Position numbers and translations under genes: made by a program. Source: a virus (lineage: Duplodnaviria > Caudoviricetes). Taken from it: a stretch of 59,823 bases of DNA. Below, piece by piece: positions 1 to 8,928 of this stretch. Numbering within the stretch: the stretch's first letter is position 1; each line of letters begins with the position of its first letter. Location: positions 1-59,823 of IMG/VR virus record IMGVR_UViG_3300030095_004245; one strand, 5' to 3'. The notes beneath the pieces are model-generated. The model was not told where the DNA came from, made no database searches, and saw nothing but the letters and a program-made list of their open reading frames with translations.

Positions 1-1
1 A

Positions 2-1480
2 GAGCAGCACCCTGGTGAATACGGATTTATCTTTAGTGCTAGTCAGCCTCAAGCAGAAAAGATCCTACTCAAGATTATTGATGAGGTGGAGACGAACCCG
101 AAACTACAACACCTAAGACCTCAGGCAGGTGGACGTAGTCGCAAATGGTCAGCACAATGTGCGCAGTTCGCTAATGGATTCACCATCTATGCACGAGGCT
201 ACGGTACAAAAGTCCGTGGTGCGCATCCTATATTCATCGTAGTAGATGACGGCTTGAATGATGAGTCCGCGTTCTCTGAGCGTGTCCGCACAAGAGACAT
301 TGATTACTTCCAATCTGCCATCACCAACATGATTGTTCCTGGCGGACAGATCGTAGTCATCGGTACACCGCTACACAAAAAAGACCTCTACGCAATTCTG
401 GAAGAGAATACAGAATATGAATTTGCTCGATACCCCGCAGTCATGGAAGGAGGTCCTAGGAAGGGACAACCCTTATGGCCAGAGCGATATGACTCTGAGT
501 CCCTAGCGAAAAGAAAGCGAGAGATTGGTTCCATCAAGTTTAGTCGAGAGTTCCTGTGTCGTGTGGTGACAGATGGCAGTAGCCTCTTTCCTAAGGTTCT
601 TTTCCAAGGCGATAAGGTTGAGCAGTACAATGTTCGGCTGGGAATGCCTTTGCGGTTTTGGCATGATGCTGGAGTAAAGAGCGTCTTTATCGGTGTAGAC
701 TTTGGGCTTTCATCTTCTGTGGGCTCTGACTACACAGTGGTCTGGGCTGTAGGACTGGATGAGAATAAGAATCGTTGGATTCTGGACATTCAGCGAGAGC
801 GAGGTCTTGCATATGGTGCGCAGAAGGCGCTCGTCGCTAGGGTGGCTAATCTTTATGATCCTGGGCTCGTATATGTGGAGTCGAATCAAGCGCAGAGGAT
901 TTTCGGCGAAGAGCTGATGCGAGAGACAGACCTCCCGATCAAGTTGTTTCAAACCGGCGACCAGAAGAATAGTCTCTCAAACGGTGTCCCTGCTATTCGT
1001 ATCCTGCTAGAGAACTACAAGTTCAGGATCCCTAGAGGAGACGCACACTCAATTGAGATGACTGATATCTGGATTCATGAAATGACTTCGATGACGATCC
1101 GTAATGGGAAAGTCACTTCGCTAGGCGACCATGATGACACTGTGAGTGCCTGCTGGATTGCGGAACAAGCCATCAAGAACGGCAGCTTTGACTTCTCTTT
1201 TGAAGAAGAAGAGGGAGACGTCGCTGCATTCGATGAGATGATGGAGGATATGATGATTACTCCAGGACATCCTGAGTACTTATCTGATGATGCTTATGTG
1301 CTGGGTGCTGAGCCACCAAAGCGCGGAAGACCACGAATGAAAAACGCACAGCTTAGTGAGTCGGCAGATGACATTCTCTCTCAAGATCCGTTATATGAAG
1401 ACAATACAAAGTCACGTAACAATGGACTGCGACAAGAAGGAGCACCCATGGCATCGTTTTTTGTAGGGAAGTATCGCTAA
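2..1480 (+). CDS. terL: Terminase large subunit (5'-truncated at window edge)
   Basis: The frame is open from nt 2 (EQHPGEYGFIFSASQPQAEK...). Motifs: VRGAHP, Walker B IVVDD, coupling motif IGTP, RNase H-like nuclease GVDFG...DYTV...HDDTVSA. Confidence 0.93.
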   Translation, partial: EQHPGEYGFIFSASQPQAEKILLKIIDEVETNPKLQHLRPQAGGRSRKWSAQCAQFANGFTIYARGYGTKVRGAHPIFIVVDDGLNDESAFSERVRTRDIDYFQSAITNMIVPGGQIVVIGTPLHKKDLYAILEENTEYEFARYPAVMEGGPRKGQPLWPERYDSESLAKRKREIGSIKFSREFLCRVVTDGSSLFPKVLFQGDKVEQYNVRLGMPLRFWHDAGVKSVFIGVDFGLSSSVGSDYTVVWAVGLDENKNRWILDIQRERGLAYGAQKALVARVANLYDPGLVYVESNQAQRIFGEELMRETDLPIKLFQTGDQKNSLSNGVPAIRILLENYKFRIPRGDAHSIEMTDIWIHEMTSMTIRNGKVTSLGDHDDTVSACWIAEQAIKNGSFDFSFEEEEGDVAAFDEMMEDMMITPGHPEYLSDDAYVLGAEPPKRGRPRMKNAQLSESADDILSQDPLYEDNTKSRNNGLRQEGAPMASFFVGKYR

Positions 1481-4146
1481 TGCCTGCATTTGTTCGGACA
1501 GATAAAGATGAAGCCCGTTGGGCAGACGCTAAGAAGGAAGCAGCAGATGAGGGCAAAGGAAATAACTATGCTTACATCACCGCCATCTACAACCGCATGA
1601 AGAAGGGTTATGACACTTCTCCTTTGCCGCAGTTCGCGGCAATAGGTTCTCCATTCAACCACGGAGAAGTCCCCTTCATGACTGTGACTCGAAAGCCATC
1701 CATAGCGGCTGACATAGATCCTGAAAGAATGCCTGAGCCTAAGACGGTCGAGGAAATGACCCTTCCGTTAGGGCCATATCACACAGCAAAGGATGCCGTG
1801 CATGGCATGGGGTTCTCGCCGCATACAGAGCGCAGCATAGCTGATGCAGTAGAGACAGCGACAACTCAGTCCAATAATGAGCTACGATTCAAGCAGCACT
1901 TGATGGGCAAACTATTGGAGAACTTTGCCGATGACGCAGCTACCCGTAGAGAACTGTATCAAAGGGCTCTGACGTATTATCGTGGGACAGAGAAGAGTCA
2001 ATCACCAGCGCTTACGTTTAAGGCAACCAAGAAAAAGAAGCCGCTACCTAAGTCACGAGGTCTTACCAGAGAGTCTAGAGAGACACGAGGCGGACATAAA
2101 CTCCAACTCCGTGGACGTAAGGATCCGGTTCAAGAAGTACAGCAAACCACACGTGCATTACCCGCAGGCACCATTCGAGTCCATTATAGCTCTGAGCATA
2201 AAGGTTATGTTCGGGCCATGAAACGGGCCGATGGTACTTGGAAAGTATTAGGATCTGCTGACGGGAAGAAAAAAGAATCTTCTTCTCCCAAGAAGAAAGA
2301 TCACACAAAGCCTCGACTAACACTTCATCCTGCGGAGCATCACAGAGGGCATGATGCCCACCATGTAGCAGAAGATCATCATGACTCAGCGAGAGACCAC
2401 GTCATGACGATGAAAGCTAAGACCGCAGACGACCGCCATCAAGGAAAGCCATCGTTACCTAAAGAGCGACGTACAGGATCTAAAAAGAACCCGAAAGGGT
2501 CTGCCGAAGGCGATAAGAAGATAACCTTCGATGATAAGACAACCAGCGCACTCAAGACGAAAGTCAAAGAGCACAATGAGAAAGTAGATGCGGACTCAAA
2601 GAAGGCAACACTCGGAGCGCTTAAGGCTGTCTATCGCAGAGGAGCAGGAGCCTTCTCGACATCACACCGTCCAGGAATGACACGAGCGCAATGGGCATAT
2701 GCTCGTGTGAATCATTTCTTACATTTGCTGAAGACCGGCAAACCTAAGGATAAAAAGTATATAACTGATAATGACTTACTGCCGTCGAGCCATCCTCGCT
2801 CTACTAAGAAGAGCCTGAGCGTTGAGGTAAGTTTAGTGAAAGCTAAGCGATATCAGCACATAAACTTCAAGCCACCTCAGTCTGTAGCGCAGGCAGCAGA
2901 ACAGGGACTGAAGTACAGAAAGAAAGCCTCGCCGTCTAATCGTGGTGGACTAACTCCTGCTGAGGCAGGGAAGCACGGTATCGGTTCCGGTGTTCAGCGA
3001 GCAGTAAACCTCAAGAATAGAGATGAGATGAGTCCTGCCACTGTGCGTATGATGAGTCGTTTCTTCTCTAGGCACGAGAAGAATAAATCGATAGAAGCTA
3101 AGAATAAGGGCACACCTTGGAATGACAAAGGCTATGTAGCGTGGTTATTGTGGGGAGGAGATCCTGGAAAATCCTGGGCAAGTAAGGTGATACGACAAAT
3201 GGATGCAGCAGACGAAAAGACGAGCAAGAGGATGACTCCTGCAGGACCTATTACTACCTTGTATCGAGCGGAGCGAGAAGGTCCCTTCGCTGATGTTAAG
3301 AATAAGAAGTATCAAATAAACAACTATGAGCATACGAAAGCGGCAATCAGTTACTTCTCTATGCCTAAGAATGCTAATGAGTACAGTCTCTCAGAACAAA
3401 AGGCTATCTGGAGCCGCATAACTGCGGCTGCCAAGAAGTTCAAAATCGAGCTTAGTCCTGAGGCGGGACCTCCGTCAGTGGAGACTAAGAAGAGCAACCA
3501 ATCAAAGGAGATGGAAATGAACGATATATTCAAAGCGATTATGGATCGTGAAGTGGGAGACGTCCCGGTCATGAGACCTAACGACTTTAAGAGTGAGTAC
3601 ACTGGTATGCCTGAAGAGGCATTGTCTGTAGCTAAGACCGAAGAGATTGCTCCAGCGGCCACAGCTGCTGGCGCTGAGGAAGGAAATCCTGAATCAGATA
3701 GTCCTATGGCACCTGGTATGGGGTCTGGAGATGCAGACGGTCTAGCTGGAGCCACTGAAGGTGATGACGGTATGGCCAAGGGTGAAGCTCATCCTAACCA
3801 TCTGCAAAGCCTTAACTTCTCTGAGCAACCTTCTGGTACTTGGAATCAAGGAGAGGACTCCCGAGTAACTTACTCTAGCGGAGAAGATGACTTCATTGCT
3901 GCTGCAATGGAGAAGAGTGATAACCTATGTATCGCACCTGAGCCTTCGGTTCGTTCTGCTGTAACCATGGGTCTTCAGAAGAGCGCCTGCGGTCATCAAT
4001 TTGCTAAGGCTTTGACTGTATGTCCGTCTTGTGGAACAAGCTCTGCAGGAACGACTGGTCAAGTGCAAGGATTGAGCATTAGCAAGTCTGTTCAAGAACG
4101 ACTAACTGCTCCTGAACAACTTCCAAGTATTCGTCTAGCAGATTAG
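1480..4146 (+). CDS. Modular head-associated protein (888 aa); probable in-frame internal start at 3517
   Basis: Lies between terL and portal. Modules: YRRGAGA..HRPG..QWAYARVN, AWLLWGGD.G..WA, a DUF6582-like FADxKNKKYxI...RIxAAAKKF, a His-rich patch and a C-terminal CxH...CPSC. Many xxK-S/A/G motifs. Confidence 0.6.
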   Translation: MPAFVRTDKDEARWADAKKEAADEGKGNNYAYITAIYNRMKKGYDTSPLPQFAAIGSPFNHGEVPFMTVTRKPSIAADIDPERMPEPKTVEEMTLPLGPYHTAKDAVHGMGFSPHTERSIADAVETATTQSNNELRFKQHLMGKLLENFADDAATRRELYQRALTYYRGTEKSQSPALTFKATKKKKPLPKSRGLTRESRETRGGHKLQLRGRKDPVQEVQQTTRALPAGTIRVHYSSEHKGYVRAMKRADGTWKVLGSADGKKKESSSPKKKDHTKPRLTLHPAEHHRGHDAHHVAEDHHDSARDHVMTMKAKTADDRHQGKPSLPKERRTGSKKNPKGSAEGDKKITFDDKTTSALKTKVKEHNEKVDADSKKATLGALKAVYRRGAGAFSTSHRPGMTRAQWAYARVNHFLHLLKTGKPKDKKYITDNDLLPSSHPRSTKKSLSVEVSLVKAKRYQHINFKPPQSVAQAAEQGLKYRKKASPSNRGGLTPAEAGKHGIGSGVQRAVNLKNRDEMSPATVRMMSRFFSRHEKNKSIEAKNKGTPWNDKGYVAWLLWGGDPGKSWASKVIRQMDAADEKTSKRMTPAGPITTLYRAEREGPFADVKNKKYQINNYEHTKAAISYFSMPKNANEYSLSEQKAIWSRITAAAKKFKIELSPEAGPPSVETKKSNQSKEMEMNDIFKAIMDREVGDVPVMRPNDFKSEYTGMPEEALSVAKTEEIAPAATAAGAEEGNPESDSPMAPGMGSGDADGLAGATEGDDGMAKGEAHPNHLQSLNFSEQPSGTWNQGEDSRVTYSSGEDDFIAAAMEKSDNLCIAPEPSVRSAVTMGLQKSACGHQFAKALTVCPSCGTSSAGTTGQVQGLSISKSVQERLTAPEQLPSIRLAD

Positions 4147-4157
4147 AGGAACTTTCT

Positions 4158-5771
4158 TTGAATTGGCGTAATCGCATATCAAAGGCCACAGACGCGCTTC
4201 TGGGTCGAGAAGGAATAGATCTACCCCCCGAGACCTTTCCCTCGATCCAGAAAGCCGCTGTAGCTTCGGACGCAACTGGAGATATGCCGGGTCCACCGGC
4301 ACATAACCCAGAAGCTCTTACTTGGGATCCGTATTCCCTCGTAGAGCAGCTAGGCTATAGACAAAAGCCTAGTGCGATTACGTATGCGACATTAGAGCGC
4401 ATGTTCTGGCAGCTGCCTATACTCGGTGCGATTCGTAAGACTCGTATCGATCAGGTGGCAAGTTTCTGTCAGAATCAAAGACCTCCGCATGAGCCTGGGT
4501 TTCGTGTTCGTCTTAGAGAGATGACTCGTGAGCCTACGCCAGAAGAGAAGTTTCGAGCATTAGAACTAGAAGAACTCATTTCGCATACAGGATACACTAC
4601 GGACCCTAGGCAACGAGACTCGTTCGAGACGCTCTGCCGAAAGCTACTCTATGATTCCATGACATTCGATCAGATGAATATGGAGATCGTTCCAGATGCT
4701 AGAGGCGTACCTAGCACATGGTATGCTGTAGATGCGTCAACGATTCGTCTTGCGGACACAACGTCACTCCATGCTGAAACTAGCTTAGACGATGTCTACG
4801 CTGTTCAAGTTTATGATGACATCGTGATCAATGAGTTCACACGTAGAGACCTGAGCTTCTCTATCCGTAACCCAAGAACAAGCATACGTTCTTATGGATA
4901 CGGTACGAGTGAGGCCGAGATGATGGTCTCAACCATTACGTACTTGCTGTGGGGCTTGCAGTACAATGGTAATCAATTCTCTCAAGGGAATGTCTCTAAA
5001 GGACTCTTGAACATCAAGGGCTCAATCCCTGAGAAGCAGCTACGCGCATTTCGCCGTCAGTGGTATCAGATGGTTAATGGCGTAGAGAACGCATTCCGTA
5101 CACCCATCATCAATGCAGAAGATGTTGAGTGGATAAACATGCACGCATCTAATCGAGAGATGGAATACGGCCAATGGTTAGACTTCCTTATCAAAGTAGC
5201 GTGCGCGATTTATGCTATCGACCCAATTGAGATTAACTTCAAATACGGCAGCGCCAGTCAAAGCTCCATGTTTGAAGGTGCGAGCAGGACAAAGATTGTA
5301 GAGTCTAAGACAAAGGGCTTAGCTCCATTACTACGTACTGTAGAGAATATGTTCAACGAGAACATTATCTGGTGTATCGATCCTAAGTTCACATTTGAGT
5401 TTACTGGCCTGTCGCCAATGACACCCAAGGAACTAGCAGACCTAGAGACGATGAAGGTCAGAACCTATATGACGGTAGATGAGATACGTGCGATGCATGA
5501 CTTACCTGCTCTTCCTGATGAGCTAGGCAAAGTCATCAACGATCCAAACTGGATGCAGGGTCGCCGTGACTTTATGCTGCAGCAACAAATTGCTGAAGGT
5601 GAACCTACCGCGATAGAGGAAAAGGAAATCGTTGTTGAGGACGAGAAGAAGGAGAGGGACTTGTTTCGAGCAACCGCAGTCCCTGTAGAATACTCTGCCT
5701 CAAGAAAGGCACCTCAATCTAAGACACTCAAGAAATCAAAGGAGGACGTTGTACTCGATATGACGTTGTAG
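4158..5771 (+). CDS. Portal protein (SPO1/Herelleviridae-like)
   Basis: 537 aa, downstream of terminase. Portal-like motifs AVDASTIRL, RNPRT..YGYG.SE.E, AIDPIEINF and MTVDEIRA. Confidence 0.9.
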   Translation: MNWRNRISKATDALLGREGIDLPPETFPSIQKAAVASDATGDMPGPPAHNPEALTWDPYSLVEQLGYRQKPSAITYATLERMFWQLPILGAIRKTRIDQVASFCQNQRPPHEPGFRVRLREMTREPTPEEKFRALELEELISHTGYTTDPRQRDSFETLCRKLLYDSMTFDQMNMEIVPDARGVPSTWYAVDASTIRLADTTSLHAETSLDDVYAVQVYDDIVINEFTRRDLSFSIRNPRTSIRSYGYGTSEAEMMVSTITYLLWGLQYNGNQFSQGNVSKGLLNIKGSIPEKQLRAFRRQWYQMVNGVENAFRTPIINAEDVEWINMHASNREMEYGQWLDFLIKVACAIYAIDPIEINFKYGSASQSSMFEGASRTKIVESKTKGLAPLLRTVENMFNENIIWCIDPKFTFEFTGLSPMTPKELADLETMKVRTYMTVDEIRAMHDLPALPDELGKVINDPNWMQGRRDFMLQQQIAEGEPTAIEEKEIVVEDEKKERDLFRATAVPVEYSASRKAPQSKTLKKSKEDVVLDMTL

Positions 5772-5774
5772 ATT

Positions 5775-6170
5775 ATGCGTACTAAACTAAAAGCAAATGT
5801 CATTATTTCAAATGACGCAGACGGTAAGAACGTCTTATTCGGATTTGATGATACTTTAGCAGAAGAAATCATCGACGTTTACACACGCTGTGTATCAGGA
5901 AAGTTCAGCGTAGCTGCGGGTGGCGCGGTCTTTGAAGACATCCCCTTTGGTGATATTACTGCGGTGAAAGGCATCTTCATCAAGTCTGGTGCAGGCTTTA
6001 ACTACATCATGAACGGTGGCGGGGATACCTTTACAGCTAACGCGGCAACAACGACAGGCTCTTCAAGAGTATTTCTCCAAACCAACCTATCGAACTTCCG
6101 TGTCATCAATACAAGTGCTACTGATATTTTGACGGGAATCTGGGTTGCTTGGGGCGATCCGACGTCTTAG
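5775..6170 (+). CDS. Small beta-rich virion/head protein
   Basis: 131-aa ORF, G/T/A-rich with a beta-strand pattern, within the head module. Confidence 0.45.
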   Translation: MRTKLKANVIISNDADGKNVLFGFDDTLAEEIIDVYTRCVSGKFSVAAGGAVFEDIPFGDITAVKGIFIKSGAGFNYIMNGGGDTFTANAATTTGSSRVFLQTNLSNFRVINTSATDILTGIWVAWGDPTS

Positions 6171-6180
6171 AGATTTTAGT

Positions 6181-8517
6181 ATGCGTTTGAGGTTAGAAGC
6201 TGAGAGAGGGGAGCTTCAAGAGAAGTCGAAAGAGCTATTGCGAGCTGTGGCAGCGAGGATAGCTTATGTAGACGACTCGGCCCTAGATCTTATTGAGAAA
6301 GCTAATGGGGAACGTCCAGATCCTCTAGACCAGATTCCTGTCATCAAAGAGATCCTAGACAGAGTACATGTTGCCTACGGCACGCATGTGCATTCTATGG
6401 TCTCTGAAATAGAACAGATGATGATCCGAGAAGGATTATTCAAGAAAGCGAACGGTGACGAGGAAGAAGACGATGCGTTCATGGGATTCACACCTCAGGT
6501 CTTTGATGGCGAACACATGCATCAGATTCGTGAATCTGTTCAGAGACACCACGACTCACTGATTGCATCGTTTGCTGGACCACAAGCATTACCTGCCAAC
6601 CGACGTGCAGCTGTCATGGATGCAGACCAAGACGATAAGCACTCTCCCATCGAGCTTGCATTTCTTTTCGGCTTACTATTGGCGCATTCTGGAAACTCAG
6701 ACCGAGTAAAGGACATGAGTTACTCGGCGTTTGAAGACGCAGTTCGACAGGGAAGCATTAGACTGCCCGATAAAGATCGACAAGAGATTCGTGCGCTAGA
6801 GATGGAAGCAGGACAAAGGCTTCAACACCTAGGGAGTGAGGTTGCTCTCGCTGCGAGCTTAGTTGCTGCAGATGCTATGCGCGGGATTGATAACCGAAAA
6901 GCCGCAGAGCGTCTTAGAAGTGCTTCCGAGAAATGGTCTGATCGCTGGGACAGACTAGCTCGCTCTGTATTGCACACTGCAAGAGACAGAGGGGCGGTTG
7001 CACGATACAAGATCGGAGACCTTGCTGCCCTAGACACCACTGAGCAAGAATCAGAAGGGACAGATGTATATCGACAAACCCGTGCCGATGCATGCCCTTA
7101 TTGCGATGCCCTATATAACGGCCCAGACGGGCAGCCTAGAATTTTTAAGCTGTCGGTCCTAGAGTCCAACGGTACTAACGCGGGTAGAAGCAAGTCAGCA
7201 TGGATGCCTGTCATCGGAGCTACTCATCCTCACTGTAGATGTACAACACATCCGGTCCCTGCTGGAATGGGATTCAACGATGTAGGTGAGCTAGTCGAAG
7301 GCGGAACCTATGGCATTAGGCACGATACAGAAAAGTCCTTCTTACATTCCTATGTAGGTGAGCAACAACTGCAGAAGTCATTCCGCACTTTAGAGGAGAT
7401 TAGTTTTCAAGGGCTATCTGTAGAGGTTGATAGTGGGGACCAGACTCAAGCTCGTATGCCTTACACCCATGGAGCAGTACGAGGTGTGGCAAAATCATTA
7501 CGCTGTTTTGTTGGTCCCGATCCGTATCCAGAAAAGGTTTACGTTATACGTAAGAACAATCCGAGAACTGGCTGCTATGACGAAGACAAAGTCATGCTTG
7601 GGTTTACTAGCCCGCACCATGCAAAGTCTGCCTTCTTACAAGACAATGCCTACGACGAAGATACCTTCGGTTCTATTGTAGCTGTTTCTGTCGAAGAGTT
7701 TGCGCGGTCACTGCACGGCGCGATCTCCGCAACTGAAACCCAGATACAGGCAGAAGCTGCACCTTCCAAGAAGGGACCACCACTTCTCAAGTCAAAGTCG
7801 AGCTTACGACTTACGATCAAGAAGGGCGGATACTCTAGTCAGTCAGTTGCTGCTGAATCGAACGCGGAGGATCGTAATCCTAGCGGCGGTTCTGGATTGG
7901 ACATCAAAGAAGGAACAATCTTCCCTGCGCCTACTCATCCAGCGAAGCCCAACTTAGAAGAAGTGGCAGGCATGTTTGAAGGAGCTATGCTTACTGAAGA
8001 AGAGATACAGCATCTGATGCAAGCAGGCACCGTTGATAGAAAAGAACTTCTGGATGACGCAGGCTATCGTGAACGAGACGTAAAGCCCGTCAAGATTCCA
8101 GATGAATATGCAATGCTTGCTGACCCAGAGAACACTAAAGAGAACGGCAAGAAGGTCCAAGAATACATGCAAGCATGGGTCGATGAACGTGGTGAGCCAG
8201 AGATAAACACCATTCCGCAGAGGACTGAGAAAGCTATGCCTCTATCGCCAGGTCAGTGTGTCACGGTAAAGAAGAGGAAGTTCGGATCGGTGACACTCAA
8301 GGTTCTCGATAAAAGTCGGTTCGGAGTACAGCTTCCCAAAGAAGATAAAGTATTGGAGTTCGATTCACTGTCCGCCGCATGTGACCATGTTTGGGTAGTG
8401 TCCAAAGGGTACGATAGTGCCGATGCATATAAACAAGATAAGGGTGTCACGAAAGTGCCCTCTGGTGCTGGATGGAGATTCTGGGGGATCAATCCAAAGG
8501 AAGTAACCGTTGAGTAA
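6181..8517 (+). CDS. MuF-like minor head protein with degenerate InPase-like and C-terminal RAMA-like domains
   Basis: MuF Cys motifs CPYC...HPHCRC; InPase-like segment FVGP...YDEDKVMLGF; C-terminal FDSLSAA...GWRFW. ATG 6181 is preferred over the TTG at 6145, which overlaps the upstream gene. Confidence 0.75.
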   Translation: MRLRLEAERGELQEKSKELLRAVAARIAYVDDSALDLIEKANGERPDPLDQIPVIKEILDRVHVAYGTHVHSMVSEIEQMMIREGLFKKANGDEEEDDAFMGFTPQVFDGEHMHQIRESVQRHHDSLIASFAGPQALPANRRAAVMDADQDDKHSPIELAFLFGLLLAHSGNSDRVKDMSYSAFEDAVRQGSIRLPDKDRQEIRALEMEAGQRLQHLGSEVALAASLVAADAMRGIDNRKAAERLRSASEKWSDRWDRLARSVLHTARDRGAVARYKIGDLAALDTTEQESEGTDVYRQTRADACPYCDALYNGPDGQPRIFKLSVLESNGTNAGRSKSAWMPVIGATHPHCRCTTHPVPAGMGFNDVGELVEGGTYGIRHDTEKSFLHSYVGEQQLQKSFRTLEEISFQGLSVEVDSGDQTQARMPYTHGAVRGVAKSLRCFVGPDPYPEKVYVIRKNNPRTGCYDEDKVMLGFTSPHHAKSAFLQDNAYDEDTFGSIVAVSVEEFARSLHGAISATETQIQAEAAPSKKGPPLLKSKSSLRLTIKKGGYSSQSVAAESNAEDRNPSGGSGLDIKEGTIFPAPTHPAKPNLEEVAGMFEGAMLTEEEIQHLMQAGTVDRKELLDDAGYRERDVKPVKIPDEYAMLADPENTKENGKKVQEYMQAWVDERGEPEINTIPQRTEKAMPLSPGQCVTVKKRKFGSVTLKVLDKSRFGVQLPKEDKVLEFDSLSAACDHVWVVSKGYDSADAYKQDKGVTKVPSGAGWRFWGINPKEVTVE

Positions 8518-8743
8518 TTTAGGATCGTTAAGATGCCCTGGATGTAATAACAAGGTATTGCAGAAAAGTACTGATGGAGTGGCTTCATTGCGCCCTGCGG
8601 GCAGTGTCCGTTTCTTAGAAGGTCTCTGCTATATGAGTTGTCACTTCTGTAAACGAGACTTGGAGCTACCGCTTACTATAGAAAAATCGAAAAAGGTCGG
8701 CGTTAAGGCCACAGAGTCTGCTCGACTAATTATGCGAAAATAG
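8510..8743 (+). CDS. Com-like zinc-finger protein
   Basis: LRCPGCNNKVL...CHFCKR; two CxxC pairs in a Mu Com-like arrangement, just upstream of the protease gene. Confidence 0.6.
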   Translation: MSNLGSLRCPGCNNKVLQKSTDGVASLRPAGSVRFLEGLCYMSCHFCKRDLELPLTIEKSKKVGVKATESARLIMRK

Positions 8744-8764
8744 CAGAGCTTATTAGCCCAATGC

Positions 8765-8795
8765 TTGACGTAGCTACCGGAATACCTGTAAGACT
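8765..8795 (+). promoter_or_regulatory. Putative sigma70-type promoter for the protease-scaffold-capsid operon
   Basis: TTGACG at 8765-8770, then TG-TAAGACT at 8787-8795. An inverted repeat AAGACT/AGTCTT overlaps the -10. Confidence 0.45.
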
Positions 8796-8804
8796 AGAAC
8801 AGTC

Positions 8805-8910
8805 TTGGCCCGGTCGGGATCGGTCGCAAAACCGGAGATCCAGTTGAGGGGCGCGAAGGTGGACTGCTCTATGGTGGTCTGGCTCTTCGCGCCTTTCGTC
8901 GTTTGGGCAT
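8805..8910 (+). ncRNA. Structured leader RNA upstream of prohead protease
   Basis: 13-bp stem GAGGGGCGCGAAG (8846-8858) / CTTCGCGCCTTTC (8885-8897) with an inner GU-rich stem, plus an upstream GGATC...GATCC / CCGGT...ACCGG stem. Confidence 0.5.
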
Positions 8911-8928
8911 AATGAGGTGATGACAAGT

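Noticed and set aside
8808-8845. Resemblance of GGTCGCAAAACCGGAGATC to the c-di-GMP-I (GEMM) riboswitch core
   Set aside because: The 5' GGCAAAC element and a clean GNRA-capped stem are missing; kept only as a generic structured leader pending an Rfam scan.
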